A stretch of DNA of 63,252 nucleotides, counting the filler, from Octopus bimaculoides (taxonomy: Eukaryota), in the NCBI RefSeq assembly GCF_001194135.2. It is 8 parts of 5 records of this genome, joined end to end, with 100 filler letters (N's around TTAATTAATTAA, not from the genome) between each part and the next. Parts side by side here need not be neighbours in the genome. Positions count along the whole stretch, not along the records: positions 33,983 to 47,108 come from NC_068986.1; positions 47,209 to 61,738 come from NC_068986.1; 6 more parts are not named here. One strand, written 5' to 3'. The number at the start of each line of letters is the position of its first letter. Positions within the stretch are counted from its first letter, which is position 1. Made by a program: the position numbers and the translations under genes. Below are positions 39,530 to 53,035 of this stretch, in pieces. The notes beneath the pieces are model-generated. The model had not been told where the DNA came from, ran no database searches, and saw nothing but the letters and a program-made list of their open reading frames with translations.

Positions 39530-40019
39530 CATGCGTGCGTGTTTGACCAAAGCCATCTTTTATTCAAGCAGCGTGTTTAAAATTGTATTATCTAACCTGT
39601 CCAATACAAGCGATGCAAGCAAACTTTTGGCTGCTATTTCTAGCAGGTGGAGCGACTACATTGAATCCTTTGTACACTTGTTGTTGTTGTTAGTATTGCT
39701 GCCGTTACTATTACCATTGCTGCTGTTGCCGCTATTGTTGTTGTTGTTGGTGTTGTTAATCTGTAGCTAGCAAAATAACATTCACCCCCTTCCTACCATA
39801 TAATATCTATCAAGCTATTTCAGTTTGGCGCCAAAGACTCTGTCAAGGAGAATGGCAGACATATTGGTTTTGGAATGTTCTATGTTTACTTGTTCTTCGT
39901 CTTCTTCTTCTTCTTGTTACTGGTGGTAGTATTGTTGGTGTTGCTGTTCTTGTTGTTTTGGCTGTTGTTGGTGTTGTTGCTGCTTTTGCTAGTTTTGTTG
40001 ATAGCGTTATTGTTGTTAT

Positions 40020-40600
40020 TTTAACACCAAGTCTATTTCGAGCCAGTTAAACGTTAATCAACAGCTTTTCATTAATGACCATCTCGCTTTATTTTCAGGA
40101 ATTATAATACTATTTACATATTTCAGACGAAATTATCCATTGTGACCTTCCTGTTTGAGATGGTAGTACATAAATTGAGGAAGATTTGATTGCTATTTCT
40201 AGCAAGTCAAACGACTATATAGAGGCCTTCTTGGCACGTCGTAGATAATTATGATGGTGGTGTTATTACTTTGTTGCTTTTGGCGCTGGTGGTGATGGTG
40301 TCTTGTTGTTTACTTCCAAGTCATAGAGCAGACACCCCTAAGGTCAATAACCGTTCCTCCCGTGACTCCACAGTCGTTTTACTGAAATAACATAACATAT
40401 GAACATTATCAAACATGTCCTTTTATATTATTCTTTGATAGATATTTATTTCTTATTTCTATTATTTTAATTGTTATTGTCACAATTAATTCTCACCTTT
40501 CAAATATTTCGTATCCATTTGATACGTATCCCTCCCTTTACAAGATACCAAGGTGTGATTGGGGGAAAATTTGACTGCTATTTCTAGAAAACCACCAAAC
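40020..40600 (+). repeat. Two consecutive copies of an unclassified ~250-bp dispersed repeat ending GAGGAAGATTTGGCTGCTATTTCTAGCAGGTCGAGCGACC
   Basis: The core recurs at ~22881, 24008, 37931, 39628, 40177, 40561, 53063, 54001 (+) and 57428-57480 (-). Confidence 0.6.
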
Positions 40601-41134
40601 GGTGATTAGTAGGCAAGTCATTGCGGTTATTTTTGCTTCTATTGTTGTTCCAAAAAAAAAAGCTGGAAGCAACAACAATGTTGCTCTACCACCACAAATA
40701 CAAATTCACAGATTCAAAAGAATATAAATATATAAACGTGAAAAACGTAAGACAGACATATTTTGAAAAATAATGCCGTAAACGATCACATGTGTATAGA
40801 AAGGTTTTCGTACTTTAATAAACACGACTACAGNNNNNNNNNNNNNNNNNNNNNNNNNNNNNNNNNNNNNNNNNNNNNNNNNNNNNNNNNNNNNNNNNNN
40901 NNNNNNNNNNNNNNNNNNNNNNNNNNNNNNNNNNNNNNNNNNNNNNNNNNNNNNNNNNNNNNNNNNNNNNNNNNNNNNNNNNNNNNTCTTCAACAGAAAG
41001 AATACGGAGAAAACAAGGAGAAAAACACGGAGACCCACACTGCTTTCTTCCAACTGTTAAACATGGAAGAGGATCTCTGTTGATCGGGGGGGGGGCTATA
41101 TCTCGGAAATCCGCCGGCCCAATGGTTTCCCTTC

Positions 41135-41589
41135 ATGGCAGAATTAATAGTCAACACTATTAAAGCATTTTATCTGATCAATTTCATCCTATGGTTGCGG
41201 AACTGTTTCCGGAGGGAAACACAATCTTCCAGGATGATAATGCACCAATTCACACAGCTAAAGTTGTTACTGAATGGCACGAGGAACATTCTAGTGAAGT
41301 TGAACATCTTATCTGGCCACTATCAGACGTCAATATTATTGAACATTTATGGTGCATTTTAGAAAAACAAGTATGGAGTCGATATCCTCTACCATCATCA
41401 CTACAAGAACTGGAAACTGTTTTAGCTGAAGAATGGACAAAAATTCCTTTGGAAACAATTCAAACTTTGTACGAGTCCATACCTCGTAGAATTCAAGCTG
41501 TAATTACTGCCAAAGGTGGCCCTACACCATGTTAAGATAAATTTGTTTGAAATTTTAAGGTGTTTCCATTATTTTGTTCAACCCCTGTA
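41135..41589 (+). mobile_element. Tc1-like transposon 3' half with right TIR
   Basis: IFQDDNAPIHTAKVV..HLIWPLSDVNIIEHLW..IPRRIQAVITAKGGPT*; TIR GGTGTTTCCATTATTTTGTTCAACCCCTG|TA at 41559-41589. Confidence 0.9.
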
Positions 41590-41594
41590 TTATA

Positions 41595-41628
<34 letters not shown>

Positions 41629-42186
41629 TATATTACATATATATTACATATATATTACATATATATTATATATATNNNNNNNNNNNNNNNNNNNNNNNNN
41701 NNNNNNNNNNNNNNNNNNNNNNNNNNNNNNNNNNNNNNNNNNNNNNNNNNNNNNNNNNNNNNNNNNNNNNNNNNNNNNNNNNNNNNNNNNNNNNNNNNNN
41801 NNNNNNNNNNNNNNNNNNNNNNNNNNNNNNNNNNNNNNNNNNNNNNNNNNNNNNNNNNNNNNNNNNNNNNNNNNNNNNNNNNNNNNNNNNNNNNNNNNNN
41901 NNNNNNNNNNNNNNNNNNNNNNNNNNNNNNNNNNNNNNNNNNNNNNNNNNNNNNNNNNNNNNNNNNNNNNNNNNNNNNNNNNNNNNNNNNNNNNNNNNNN
42001 NNNNNNNNNNNNNNNNNNNNNNNNNNNNNNNNNNNNNNNNNNNNNNNNNNNNNNNNNNNNNNNNNNNNNNNNNNNNNNNNNNNNNNNNNNNNNNNNNNNN
42101 NNNNNNNNNNNNNNNNNNNNNNNNNNNNNNNNNNNNNNNNNNNNNNNNNNNNNNNNNNNNNNNNNNNNNNNNNNNNNNNNNNNNNN

Positions 42187-42229
<43 letters not shown>

Positions 42230-42259
42230 TCATATACATTATATCATATATATATTATG

Positions 42260-42430
42260 TCTGTATCCCCACCGCCTGACAACCGATACTCTTTCATTTA
42301 CATCCCTATACCATAGCGGAATAAACATCAAATTTTGAAAAAAACTAATTACTGAGCTTCACTGTGTTGGATGAAACCCTTCAATGTGGTGCTCCAGCAT
42401 AGCCACAGTCAAAAGACTGAAACAAGTACT
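42260..42430 (+). mobile_element. SINE family A 3' half, degenerate
   Basis: CCACCGCCTGACAACCGA...GGTGCTCCAGCATAGCCACAGTC..GACTGAAACAAG. Confidence 0.65.
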
Positions 42431-43385
42431 TGAATTTCAGAATAAAAGAATGCCTGTTAATCCAAGTTCTGAATTAACCGTTTTACTGCATCCATATTTA
42501 GTATAATTCATTTTAAACCACCTACAAACCCTCCTTGCCCCACCCCCACTTTTTATTTGTATTTTTTTTCTCATGTATTTTATTTGAATATTTTTTTCTA
42601 TCTATAGTTTTTTATTCTTTTCTCTTCCTATTTTTTGCATTCTATCCTGCTCTGCCCTGTTGTTTTGAGCAATCCCCTGCCAAGTTAGAAGCTAAAATTT
42701 CTAAACTTCAGCTAACGTTTCCCGTCATCCTCATCATCACCACCTCCTTCTCCTCCTCTTCCTCCTCCTCCTACTACTACTACTAGCTTAAAGTATTTAC
42801 AGAGATAGAGAGACAGACATCCATCCTTCCCACCATACATAGACGCATAAATACGTACATCCATACATAAATATATTCATGCATACATACACACATACAT
42901 ACACACACCATTTCATATGCTTCTTGTTCGATAAGGCATCTTCGCTGAAACTCCGAAGTTACAGACAACTAATTTTAAAATGAATTTTATACACAAACTA
43001 TTTTATCTGTATTTCCTTGTATTTTAACTAAATTTTTAATGTCTTAATACACTTCATAACATTTTTCCCGCCACCATCCGTTCTCATACGATTATGTACG
43101 TACATTCTTACATGTCTTGTAAGCCGTTTGTAACATGTTGTTGTAATTAATGAACCTTGTGGCAAATAGAGTAAATTATTGTCTTATTATTATTATTATT
43201 ATTATTTTGTAGAATTAAGATAATTTAGCGGATGGATGGCTGACGTCCGGCCATCTTTCCATATGCGTATGTGTGTGGGCGGCTGTTGAAAATATGTACA
43301 CAAGTGTGTGTTTGTATGTGCACACATATTTCAATGCAGAATTGTATATAAATATGTATATACATACACACACATGCATACATAC

Positions 43386-43442
<57 letters not shown>

Positions 43443-43643
43443 TGTGTATATGCATATATTTGTATAATCTGCATCTACACATATGCACACACGTATTTAT
43501 ATATATATATACACGTGTGTGTGTGTGCGTGCGTGCGTGCGCCAGTGTGACCGTGTGAATAGGTGTGCGTGTGTGTACTACGACTCTGCGTGCTTGCATG
43601 ATTAAGTATGTAACTTGTGTGGCGGGGAGGAGGGTATGAGTGC

Positions 43644-43678
<35 letters not shown>

Positions 43679-44199
43679 TGTGCGTGTGTGTGTGGCTGTA
43701 CATATGTAGAATGCTAAGTACACACAGGTGCATCTTTAGTAATGCACATATACAGGTTATTCTGGAACTATGTACATAGATTTTAAAAAAACAGTAATTC
43801 ACCAGCACGTATATTAAATAAACATGCACATTTCTCTGTTTCAACCCTGTCTATTTCTTTCTCTCTCTCTCTTTCTTTCTTTCTTTCTCTATGTCTTTCT
43901 ATTTTCCTCTCTCCAGCTCTCGCTCTCTCTCTCTCTCCCTCTCCTTTTTCCCTCTCTTATCGTATCAGCATCTATCTACCTTTGTCTCTTTTCCTCTATC
44001 TCGTCCCTTCTTTTCCTCTCTGTGTGCGCAAAGCTATGAAGCTTTGTGACTATTTTCTTCTCGTCTATTTCTCTTATTACAGCCTATCAATCTACACCCA
44101 CACACACAAATTCTCGATCGTGTCACCGACTCTGATAAAAAGTAAAGAGTCCGGCTAGTTTCTTGAACAACCAACTAGAGCTACCAGATATCCTATTTT

Positions 44200-44600
44200 A
44201 TGTACGCTATACTTGCGACGTATTTCCACACCTGCGGAAAGCTGCCTTTATGATTCTTATGAGAAAACCTCTAGAATTGATTCCATTAAATACAACTGTT
44301 TCGTTTGTCAGCATCATCTCATCTCTGGAGGCAAATCGGTTTCTAACTAAACTACAGTATGGAGGTTCTCTCTTCTATTTTCTACTCCCAAACATGGTGT
44401 AACCATCTTGGTGTAGCCCAGGAAGTGTGTGTCATGATTCTGGATATCAAAAGAGTTCTGCCAGACTTCGATACAATGGTACCAAAGCCAAGTTCGAATT
44501 CCAGGGAATATGCAGCAAACATTTTTATTCACTTCAAAATCACTTTAATAGGAGATCCATCAAAGATTATCCTTTCAGCTCAACGGATACTTTACTTCGT
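44200..44600 (+). pseudogene. Highly decayed CR1/Jockey-type LINE RT fragment
   Basis: LEANRFLTKLQYG, EVCVMILDIKR and QGICSKHFYSLQNHFNRRSIK align by eye to the QYGFR / ALDISKAFD / GIxG..SFLSNR RT motifs. Confidence 0.5.
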
Positions 44601-45197
44601 TGCTACTCAGAATTTCTTGCAATATGTGATCACACAGGTAACGAAAAGAAAAATGAAGGAAGTTAGATTTTAATTTCTGAAATAAAGGTACGGCGGAAGT
44701 TGAATTACGTGATACTCATTCGTCGGTTTTGATTAGGAAATAATTTACGCATCGACAGGAGATTGCTGTTGAGTGACTGGGAGTTTTTTTGTTTATTTTC
44801 TTCAGCAAAAATAATCAGTCAGCCTGTTATGAAATCGTAGAAGTTCTACTATAAGGGAGACGATGATCGCTTATTGATCACTGTAGTACTATATAAGATG
44901 TTGCCGAGTGTTTTAGTGACAGATCTGTGCCGATGACAGTGCGGATTGTAAATCAGTCCCGAATTAAATTTTTTGAAAAATAAATTATATAAGTGGAAAA
45001 ACTATCAGATTTTTTTTTTTAAGCTATTGAAGTGTCTAATGAAGATTTATATTTCCCTCTAAAATATGAATGACATCTTTCTAATCCAATAGAAAATAAG
45101 TTCGCATTTTCTACAATACCTCTTATTACAGGGACGTTAGTAATTGCATTATGTTGCAAGTTCCAGCTGGATCCTTGACGAAAAAGTNNNNNNNNNN

Positions 45198-45234
<37 letters not shown>

Positions 45235-45267
45235 GGACTGTGTCGTCAATTTCGACGTATTAGGATC

Positions 45268-45540
45268 CTACAATTTATACTTTGTTTGTCCGTCATAGTG
45301 CTTATGTCGAATGTGATATTTGAGTTCCACCAATGATTTCCAAAGAAACCCGCAGAAATTACAAGTAGAAGGATTACCGGTCAGTGCAGGCAGTATATTT
45401 GCAACCGCTTTTCTCCTTTGCCTTGCACCCCTTAGCCTGCTCGTTGAAACAAAGTCTCCCATATCACTTTGACACAATGATCTCCATTTTGTTCGCACCA
45501 AGGCTGTTTTGCTCGATGGTGTTGCAACCTATATTTTCTA
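45268..45540 (-). pseudogene. RTE (BovB-like) LINE C-terminus with C2H2-type Zn finger
   Basis: RTKWRSLCQ...ARQRRKA...CNFCGFLWKSLVELKYHIRHKH matches the RTE C-terminal pattern DRxxWR..KRxxRK..CxxC-x12-H. Confidence 0.65.
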
Positions 45541-45579
45541 CTGAGAAATATTTTCGCTTATAGACACATGAACAAATGG

Positions 45580-46500
45580 CTTGATTATATCATTGGTTAA
45601 TAATATACACCACTATCCCAAAGTGGCAAGTCTTCTCTATGCAATACAACATTTACCACTCAAAGATTGCAAAACCAAATCACTGGAGATATACCTTCCA
45701 ATGACATCCACTACAAGACTCACATCACAGAAAAATTTGGTGAGAGCAATGTTGTTCTCGACTTGAGTGAAGATTTCGCCTGTCTTTTCCGAATCGCCAA
45801 TGAAAACTTTCCGTTTATGGGCTCCATTTTCTCTCGTCTTCTGGATCGAGAGCTTCTCGTCGCATCGTACAATCGTGGCGTGTATTGACGAAGCTCTTTC
45901 TATGACACATGGTTTTAACCCTCACGTGCTCCAGAGATCAGTTTTGTCCCCTACTCTCTTCCTCCTAGGTATCAATGGTCTAATTTCTGTCACATCTAAC
46001 ACCCACTCTTACATAGATGATGCTCCCTTTCATTCCTTCCTAACCTTCCCAAGCAAGCATCACCCGCATGCAACCTTGACACAACACCACAAACCTGCAC
46101 TAATTACATAAACGAAGGCCTTAAAAGCAATACCAACTCTTTCAACTGAAAAAATAAACAAATGTTGAGTCTCACTATAACCGAGGACCTTCCCTGGCGA
46201 ATATACATCCTTAGCATAGCTAAGACTGCTTACCGGAACTGGTACCTCCATTCAGTGCCAGAAAATGCTCCCGCGCCAAATGTTCCTGAAGTTCTACTCA
46301 AGTGAGAATCACAGTGGAATATCGCCCTTACATATGAGAGAGTACTGTTGCACAGACGTTGTAAGCTGTAGATTAACCGACTGATTAGCATACAATCGCT
46401 TGTAGATACACACCAGATTCTGGCCCACAGTCGTGCTCTCAGTCCTTTTTTTTATCTCCACTATAATGTTTTTTTGTAAGGCAAGAGACTGCAAAAACAG
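45580..46500 (+). pseudogene. CR1/Jockey-type LINE RT and 3' region relic
   Basis: GESNVVLDLSEDF, HVLQRSVLSPTLFLLGIN (GVPQGSVLSP), HSYIDD (YADD), TEDLPW..SIAK. Confidence 0.75.
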
Positions 46501-47208
46501 CCCGTTTGTGTCTATGTGAGTGATGTATGCGTAAAGGGGTGGTTTCGAAAGGGTTAGCAGCCGCCGTCTGATTTGATGGTGAGAGGCGGGGTGACGTGTA
46601 TGTGAGTGCGTTGATATTTTGTGTGAACGTGTGTGTTTGTGTGTATACTTATGAGTATATATGAGTTTGTATGTATGGATGTGTCTGCATGTATGTATGA
46701 GTGTATGTATGTGTGTGGAGAGGGGGAAGAGAGGCGAGGTGACAAGTGTGTGAGTGCGTTGGTGTTGCTCTGTGTGTGTGTGTGTGTGTATGAGTGTGTG
46801 AGGACGTGTGTGTGTGCGTGTGTGTTTGTGTGTCCGTATGAGTGTGTGTGTATGTGTGCATATGTATATATGCGTATGTATATGTGTGTGTCTGTGTATA
46901 TATGAGTGTGTGTGAGGGCGTGGCTAACCGAAAGTTTGAAGTTACTGCCAACGCATTTCTTGTAAAACTATAATCTACAAAACATTATTGAGTAATTCTT
47001 CAGTTTAATGTTAAATTGCTGTCATATATACCTTGATATAAAAACAAACATTAACACACACACACACACACACTTACAAACGTTTGTATATATATATATA
47101 TATATATANNNNNNNNNNNNNNNNNNNNNNNNNNNNNNNNNNNNNNNNNNNNTTAATTAATTAANNNNNNNNNNNNNNNNNNNNNNNNNNNNNNNNNNNN
47201 NNNNNNNN

Positions 47209-47400
47209 TAAGGCGGTCCCAGTAATCAAGATCAGTCGTGCCTTCAATTCGTTTGGTGAGTGCCCTCTGGGGTGATTCAATCCTCGAGATGTTTTGTTTT
47301 GTATGGGGAGACCACAAGGGGCAGTAGTATTGAAAAGTTCTTTCTTCATTTAGACTTTCGCAAAATCCTGCCATACCAAATGTATTCATATCAGATTTTG
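47209..47400 (-). pseudogene. CR1 LINE 3' ORF fragment
   Basis: QYYCPLWSPHTKQNISRIESPQRALTKRIEGTTDLDYWDRL. Confidence 0.8.
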
Positions 47401-47428
47401 AGAAATTCATGCATACAAACACACACAC

Positions 47429-47464
<36 letters not shown>

Positions 47465-47789
47465 ATACACACACACGCACAAGCTTCTTTCATAAGATAC
47501 TCTGCTAAATTCAAATTTTATCCTTTTATTTTATATTCTTGATATTTTCTAATTAGCTTTGTACCCTTGGTTTCGAACTATAAACTTCAAAAATTCATAA
47601 TCGACGTTTCTAGAACATCACAGTCTCATTACCAAGAATTCATTTGAATATATATTTGGCAGTTGTATACTTTCTTATATATCAGTTCAACTCGTGTAAA
47701 CTCCTGCCCTCTACAAACGTATTCTAACCAATAGCATGTGGCACTACAAAGTTATATATTGATTTGTCTGTTGAGGGGCAAATTTGGAG

Positions 47790-47997
47790 CGTTGAGATTT
47801 CCATTTTTACATTATGTGCATTATTTACATTATTTACATTTGACGGATATTTGTCCTCATCTTGTTTGTCGTTAACACAATATTTCGGCTGATATACCCT
47901 CCAGCCTTCATCAGATGTCTTGGGGAAATTTCGAACCCGGGTTCCCATTCCTAAGGTATTTTTCGATGTTGTTATTACTATTATCATCATCATTATC

Positions 47998-48029
<32 letters not shown>

Positions 48030-48115
48030 TACTATTCAGGTCACTGCTTGGAATCGAACTTGGAATCTTGGGGTTAGTAGCCCGCGCTCTTAACCACTAT
48101 GCCATATGCCTGTGG
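47790..48115 (-). mobile_element. Composite element: tRNA-like head, (AAT)n, and a hammerhead-bearing PLE-type tail
   Basis: Minus strand: GGCATATGGCATAGTGGTTAAGAGC..AGTTCGATTCC (A and B boxes), (AAT)n, then GACAT CTGATGA A GGCTG GAGGGTATAT CAGCC GAAA TAT T GTGTT. Confidence 0.75.
47875..47920 (-). ncRNA. Minimal type-I hammerhead ribozyme
   Basis: Intact CUGAUGA and GAAA, 5-bp stem II, palindromic AUAU stem III, stem I GACAU/GUGUU. Confidence 0.7.
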
Positions 48116-48731
48116 CCATTTTTGCTATGTTAGTAGTCACATGTTAATTTTGTGTTGTGTGTGTTTGCGTTGTAATTGTGAGTTTATCTGAACAAGTAGT
48201 TGAAAAGATCTTCCCCTTGGGCTGGTTAAAAAATTTTTAATAAGCACAAGGAAGATAACACCAATAAAATCAACTGAAATTTCTGGATAAATAAGGATGA
48301 TGCACATTGGAGTAGATCTGTTATATTAAACAGATTGGTGACAGTAACGTGTATGTTTCAGTATTATTTCATCTCTTCAGCGAAGTTTATTCTGCTGAGC
48401 AGACAAAACCTTGAAATGGCCAGCACAACTATCTACCCACCTACCTATCTACCTTCATACCTACCAACCTACACACACTCACACACACACTCACACACAC
48501 ACATACATACATACACACATACATACATTCTATCACTGTAACTGTAAAAATCTATAAAAGTTTCCAGAGGTTTATCATTTAAATATATACGAGCATGTCT
48601 ATACATATCTATGCATATATATATATGCTTATACATATCTATGTATATATACTTGTCTATATATATATGAGCATGTCTATACATGCATGAGAATACATGC
48701 ATAAAGCAAAACAAACAAATTTGCACATATA

Positions 48732-49456
48732 CGTGGTCTGATCAATAAGTATCCGAAGCTAAAGCAAGCAGAGTGAAACCACTTGACACAGATTGACCTT
48801 AAACTCTGCTGTGCATGCGCACTAAGTTTTAGCGTTCTGACTCACTCGCGCTGTTTATGGCAGTGCTTGGAAGGAAGGTGTGTAGCGTGTTGATTGTCAC
48901 ATTGACCACGGCAGAGAAAGTTGAACAGAGAATCTGCATCAAATTTTGGCACAAACTTGGCAGACACGCGTCTCATATCCAAAGCTTCAGTGATAATGGA
49001 CTAAACTGAGACGTAACTAATCTGCACATCCTCTGATAACTCACGGATGGTGATTCGACGAATTCTCCTTACAGCTGCACGCACATTTGCGATGTTTTTC
49101 TGTTCCGCTGGTTGCGGGTCTTTCAGAACGTTTAATAGCGACATTTTTTTCGGCCCTCTTGGAAACGTCTAAACCATTCGTACACTTGTGTGCGGCTCAT
49201 AGACTCCTCTCCTTACACTTTCTGCAACTTTGCATAGGCCTCAGGAGAACTTTCTCTGCCATGGTCAATGTGACGATCACACGCTACACATCTTCCTTCC
49301 AAATACTGCTGTAAACAGCGGAAGTGAGCTAGAACGTTAAAACTTAGTGCGCATGCACAACAGAGTTTAAGGTCAATCTGTGCCCAGCGGCTTCACTCTG
49401 TGTACTTTAGGTTCATTACTATAGCAACAGTCCGGATACTTATTAATCAGGCCTCG
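48732..49456. mobile_element. mariner-derived foldback element made of two head-to-head 5' ends, TA at both ends
   Basis: ~200-bp arms (48732-48931 vs ~49249-49456). Left arm reads AEKVEQRICIKFW; minus strand of the right part reads SRTQVYEWFRRFQEGR and NIANVRAAVRRIRRITIRELSEDV (mariner HTH). Confidence 0.85.
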
Positions 49457-50200
49457 TACGTACATACATACATAATACATACATACATACATACATACAT
49501 ACATACATACATACATACATACATACATACATACATACATACATACTTAAACAACTAGAAGGGAAGCGCTCTACGTCAGGAATACACAGGCGGCTCTGTT
49601 TGCCATAAGTGATACGGTGTGCAGAAAAATTTCGATAAACTGGGATTATCGATGTCAACAGGATCTACACGAGAAACTCAAATGGACAATCAAGGAAGAT
49701 AACTCTAATAAAATCATATAATTGAAACTGAGAATACTCTCTCTATGATTATACGATTCTCCCTCTTCTCTTTGGCTTATCTATAATTAACTGCCTCGAG
49801 TCGCAGCCCTCACATTACCAGCTCCCTATCTACTTTTCCTGTTCTCCCCCTAGCCCCTCTGGCCCCTCTCCCTTCCACCTTTCTCACCCTGTGTCTTTAT
49901 TTTCTGTAACCATTCATATCAACTTGCCTAGCCTTCAGACCTCACCATCACCGCCCCACCACTACTAACACCACCACTTTCATAAGGATCCCTACCGACG
50001 CCTCCACCTTCGGTTTGTGGGCTGAACCCACACCCCTTTTCAAGTCTCTCGCACCACACTAGACTCAAATACATACATGTAAAGCAGCATGTGTGTGTAT
50101 GTATGGATGGATGGATGTGTGCTGTATGTTTGTACGGATATATGTATGAATGTATGTAAGTATGGATGTACGTACTGGCAAAGCGATATATGTAGATAAT

Positions 50201-50259
<59 letters not shown>

Positions 50260-50323
50260 TGAGAGACAGAGATACATCGATAGATAAATAGATATAGATA
50301 GATAGAGAGAGAAAGAGATAAAG

Positions 50324-50356
<33 letters not shown>

Positions 50357-50840
50357 TGAGTAAAAATAAATACAAAAAAGGGGTTTTGTATGATTGTGTA
50401 TAGAGGAATATATTATTTTGTTTAAAAGAGTTCCAACTCTGTTTTTTATGTTTTATTTATATTCTTGTAAAGTTAATGTGGNNNNNNNNNNNNNNNNNNN
50501 NNNNNNNNNNNNNNNNNNNNNNNNNNNNNNNNNNNNNNNNNNNNNNNNNNNNNNNNNNNNNNNNNNNNNNNNNNNNNNNNNNNNNNNNNNNNNNNNNNNN
50601 NNNNNNNNNNNNNNNNNNNNNNNNNNNNNNNNNNNNNNNNNNNNNNNNNNNNNNNNNNNNNNNNNNNNNNNNNNNNNNNNNNNNNNNNNNNNNNNNNNNN
50701 NNNNNNNNNNNNNNNNNNNNNNNNNNNNNNNNNNNNNNNNNNNNTATATATATATATATATATATATACATATATACGTTCATATAAATTAATGCGAAAT
50801 ATATACTTATATATACTTATATACACACACACATATTGTG

Positions 50841-50885
<45 letters not shown>

Positions 50886-52889
50886 GCTATATTTGTATAT
50901 ATATATATATATATACATATATATGTATGTCTCATGCATGATAAATATCTCAAAATGTTTTCATGTGTCTATGTATACACACGCACGCACATATATATAT
51001 ATATAAAAACATGTGTATGTGTGTAGATATATATATTTTAATATATATATGTATATATATATATATTTTAATATATATATATATATATATATATGTTTCT
51101 ATGTATGTTTGTATGTATGTGTATATATGTATGTGTGTATGTATGTATGTATATATGTATGTATACGTTTGGGTATTTATATGCGAACGTGGCAAAAAGG
51201 GGAAGAGAGGCCCGAGACAGATGATTTGCAGAAATAGCAACCAGTCACACTTTTTAAGTACACCCACCCCTCTCTACCGCCCCTTTTCCCCATGACCTGA
51301 CCTTATTCTCCTTCTCCTCAGCCTCCTACCCTCTAAATCTTGCTTCATGCCGAACGTAACCCCTCCTCTCTTCCCCTTCCCATCCGTGACCCTCCCACCC
51401 AAATCACCCTGTTAAAGATGAGTGAAATAAAACATGATTTGAGGAAATAATGTTTTCAACATCTGTAATTTATAAGGGGGGAAAACAAACCCTCTATTTT
51501 CTCTCTCTCTCTCTCGTCTAAAAGTACCCACAATATTTCCAGCGACTCCCGTTTCCTGAAGGAAGTGTGTCTGTGTGTGTGTGTATTTAATGAGTCTGTG
51601 TGTTGTGCGTCTACGTGTGTGTTTATGTCTGTACATGTGTATGTGTATAAGTGTGATACTACGTGTATCTGTCGTTTGCTCTCTTTTGTCTTCGAGCCAC
51701 GAGCAGCCGTGTTAGTTTACTTACGCGCGCAAGTGTGTGTATGCATGCGTGTATGTATATATTTAATCCTTTATATTGAACACTCAGTATTTCATCTATT
51801 CAATAAGACATATTCCATATATTCAATAAGACATTCAATACTTTATTTCATTGTACCATCCATTTTTATTTTATATTATATATTGTATATTATATTATAT
51901 ATTGTATATTCCATATTCTATATCCCACATTGGTTTTGCAGGAATATAAATAAGACATAAAAAACAGAGTGTTGGAACTCTTTTANNNNNNNNNNNNNNN
52001 NNNNNNNNNNNNNNNNNNNNNNNNNNNNNNNNNNNNNNNNNNNNNNNNNNNNNNNNNNNNNNNNNNNNNNNNNNNNNNNNNNNNNNNNNNNNNNNNNNNN
52101 NNNNNNNNNNNNNNNNNNNNNNNNNNNNNNNNNNNNNNNNNNNNNNNNNNNNNNNNNNNNNNNNNNNNNNNNNNNNNNNNNNNNNNNNNNNNNNNNNNNN
52201 NNNNNNNNNNNNNNNNNAAATACATATGTTTATATGTACGTGTTTGTGTTGTTTACAAACCTACATAGAGAGGCGCGCGTGTTCACAACACGAAATTCCA
52301 CCACCGCAACCACCACCACCACCACCACCGCCAGCATCACCACGACCGCCATATTTCCCTGACCAACATCACCGTCTGGTAGTGAAGATACAGGAAGAAC
52401 TTACAGTCTGGCCTGGAAATGAGGGGTCGAGGTGGAGAAGGGGACAGTGAGTGAGTCAGATTTTAGTAAAAGAATCCCAACATGACATGCACATATTCCC
52501 ATTCATATGCACGCAGAGTTTTTGCAAAAATGTGTATATAAATGTATGTAAATAGGCTTCTATGCCTGTCTCTAGGTATCCTTCATAAATCTATCGGCTG
52601 TTAAGTCATATAAGTTCGTACAAAAGCTCTCGTCACGCTGTATATATACATACATATACAAATACATACATGCATACATACATACATACATATATATGTA
52701 TGTATACATACACATGTGTCAGTGTATGCGTCTGTCCCTCTATCTATCTATCTATCTATCTAACTATTATCTATACAAAAATAAGAGGAATGACCAGCAA
52801 AGGTGGACTCCTATATGCTAGAAATAGATGCCGAATCATCTAACCACGAAAAATATGCTCTCTTTCTCCCGTATATATATATATATATA

Positions 52890-53035
52890 TGCTCTCTACT
52901 CTTTTACTTGTTTCAGTCTTTTGACTGTGGCCATGCTGGAGCACCGCCTTTAGTCGAGCAAATCGACCCCAGGACTTATTCTTTGGAAGCCTAGTACTTA
53001 TTCTATTGGTCTTTTTTGCCGAATCGCTAAGTTAC
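52890..53035 (-). mobile_element. SINE family A 3' end
   Basis: CTTTTACTTGTTTCAGTC..GACTGTGGCCATGCTGGAGCACCGCCTTTAGTCGAGCAAATCGACCCCAGGACTTATTC. Confidence 0.85.

Noticed and set aside
45115-45175. Minus-strand LRR-like peptide WNLQHNAITNVP
   Set aside because: Single short match next to a gap, with a weak acceptor and no neighbouring LRR exons.
31770-48110. tRNA genes at 31770-31855, 35730-35790 and 48040-48110
   Set aside because: A and B boxes are present but the acceptor stems do not close and the heads continue into SINE bodies.
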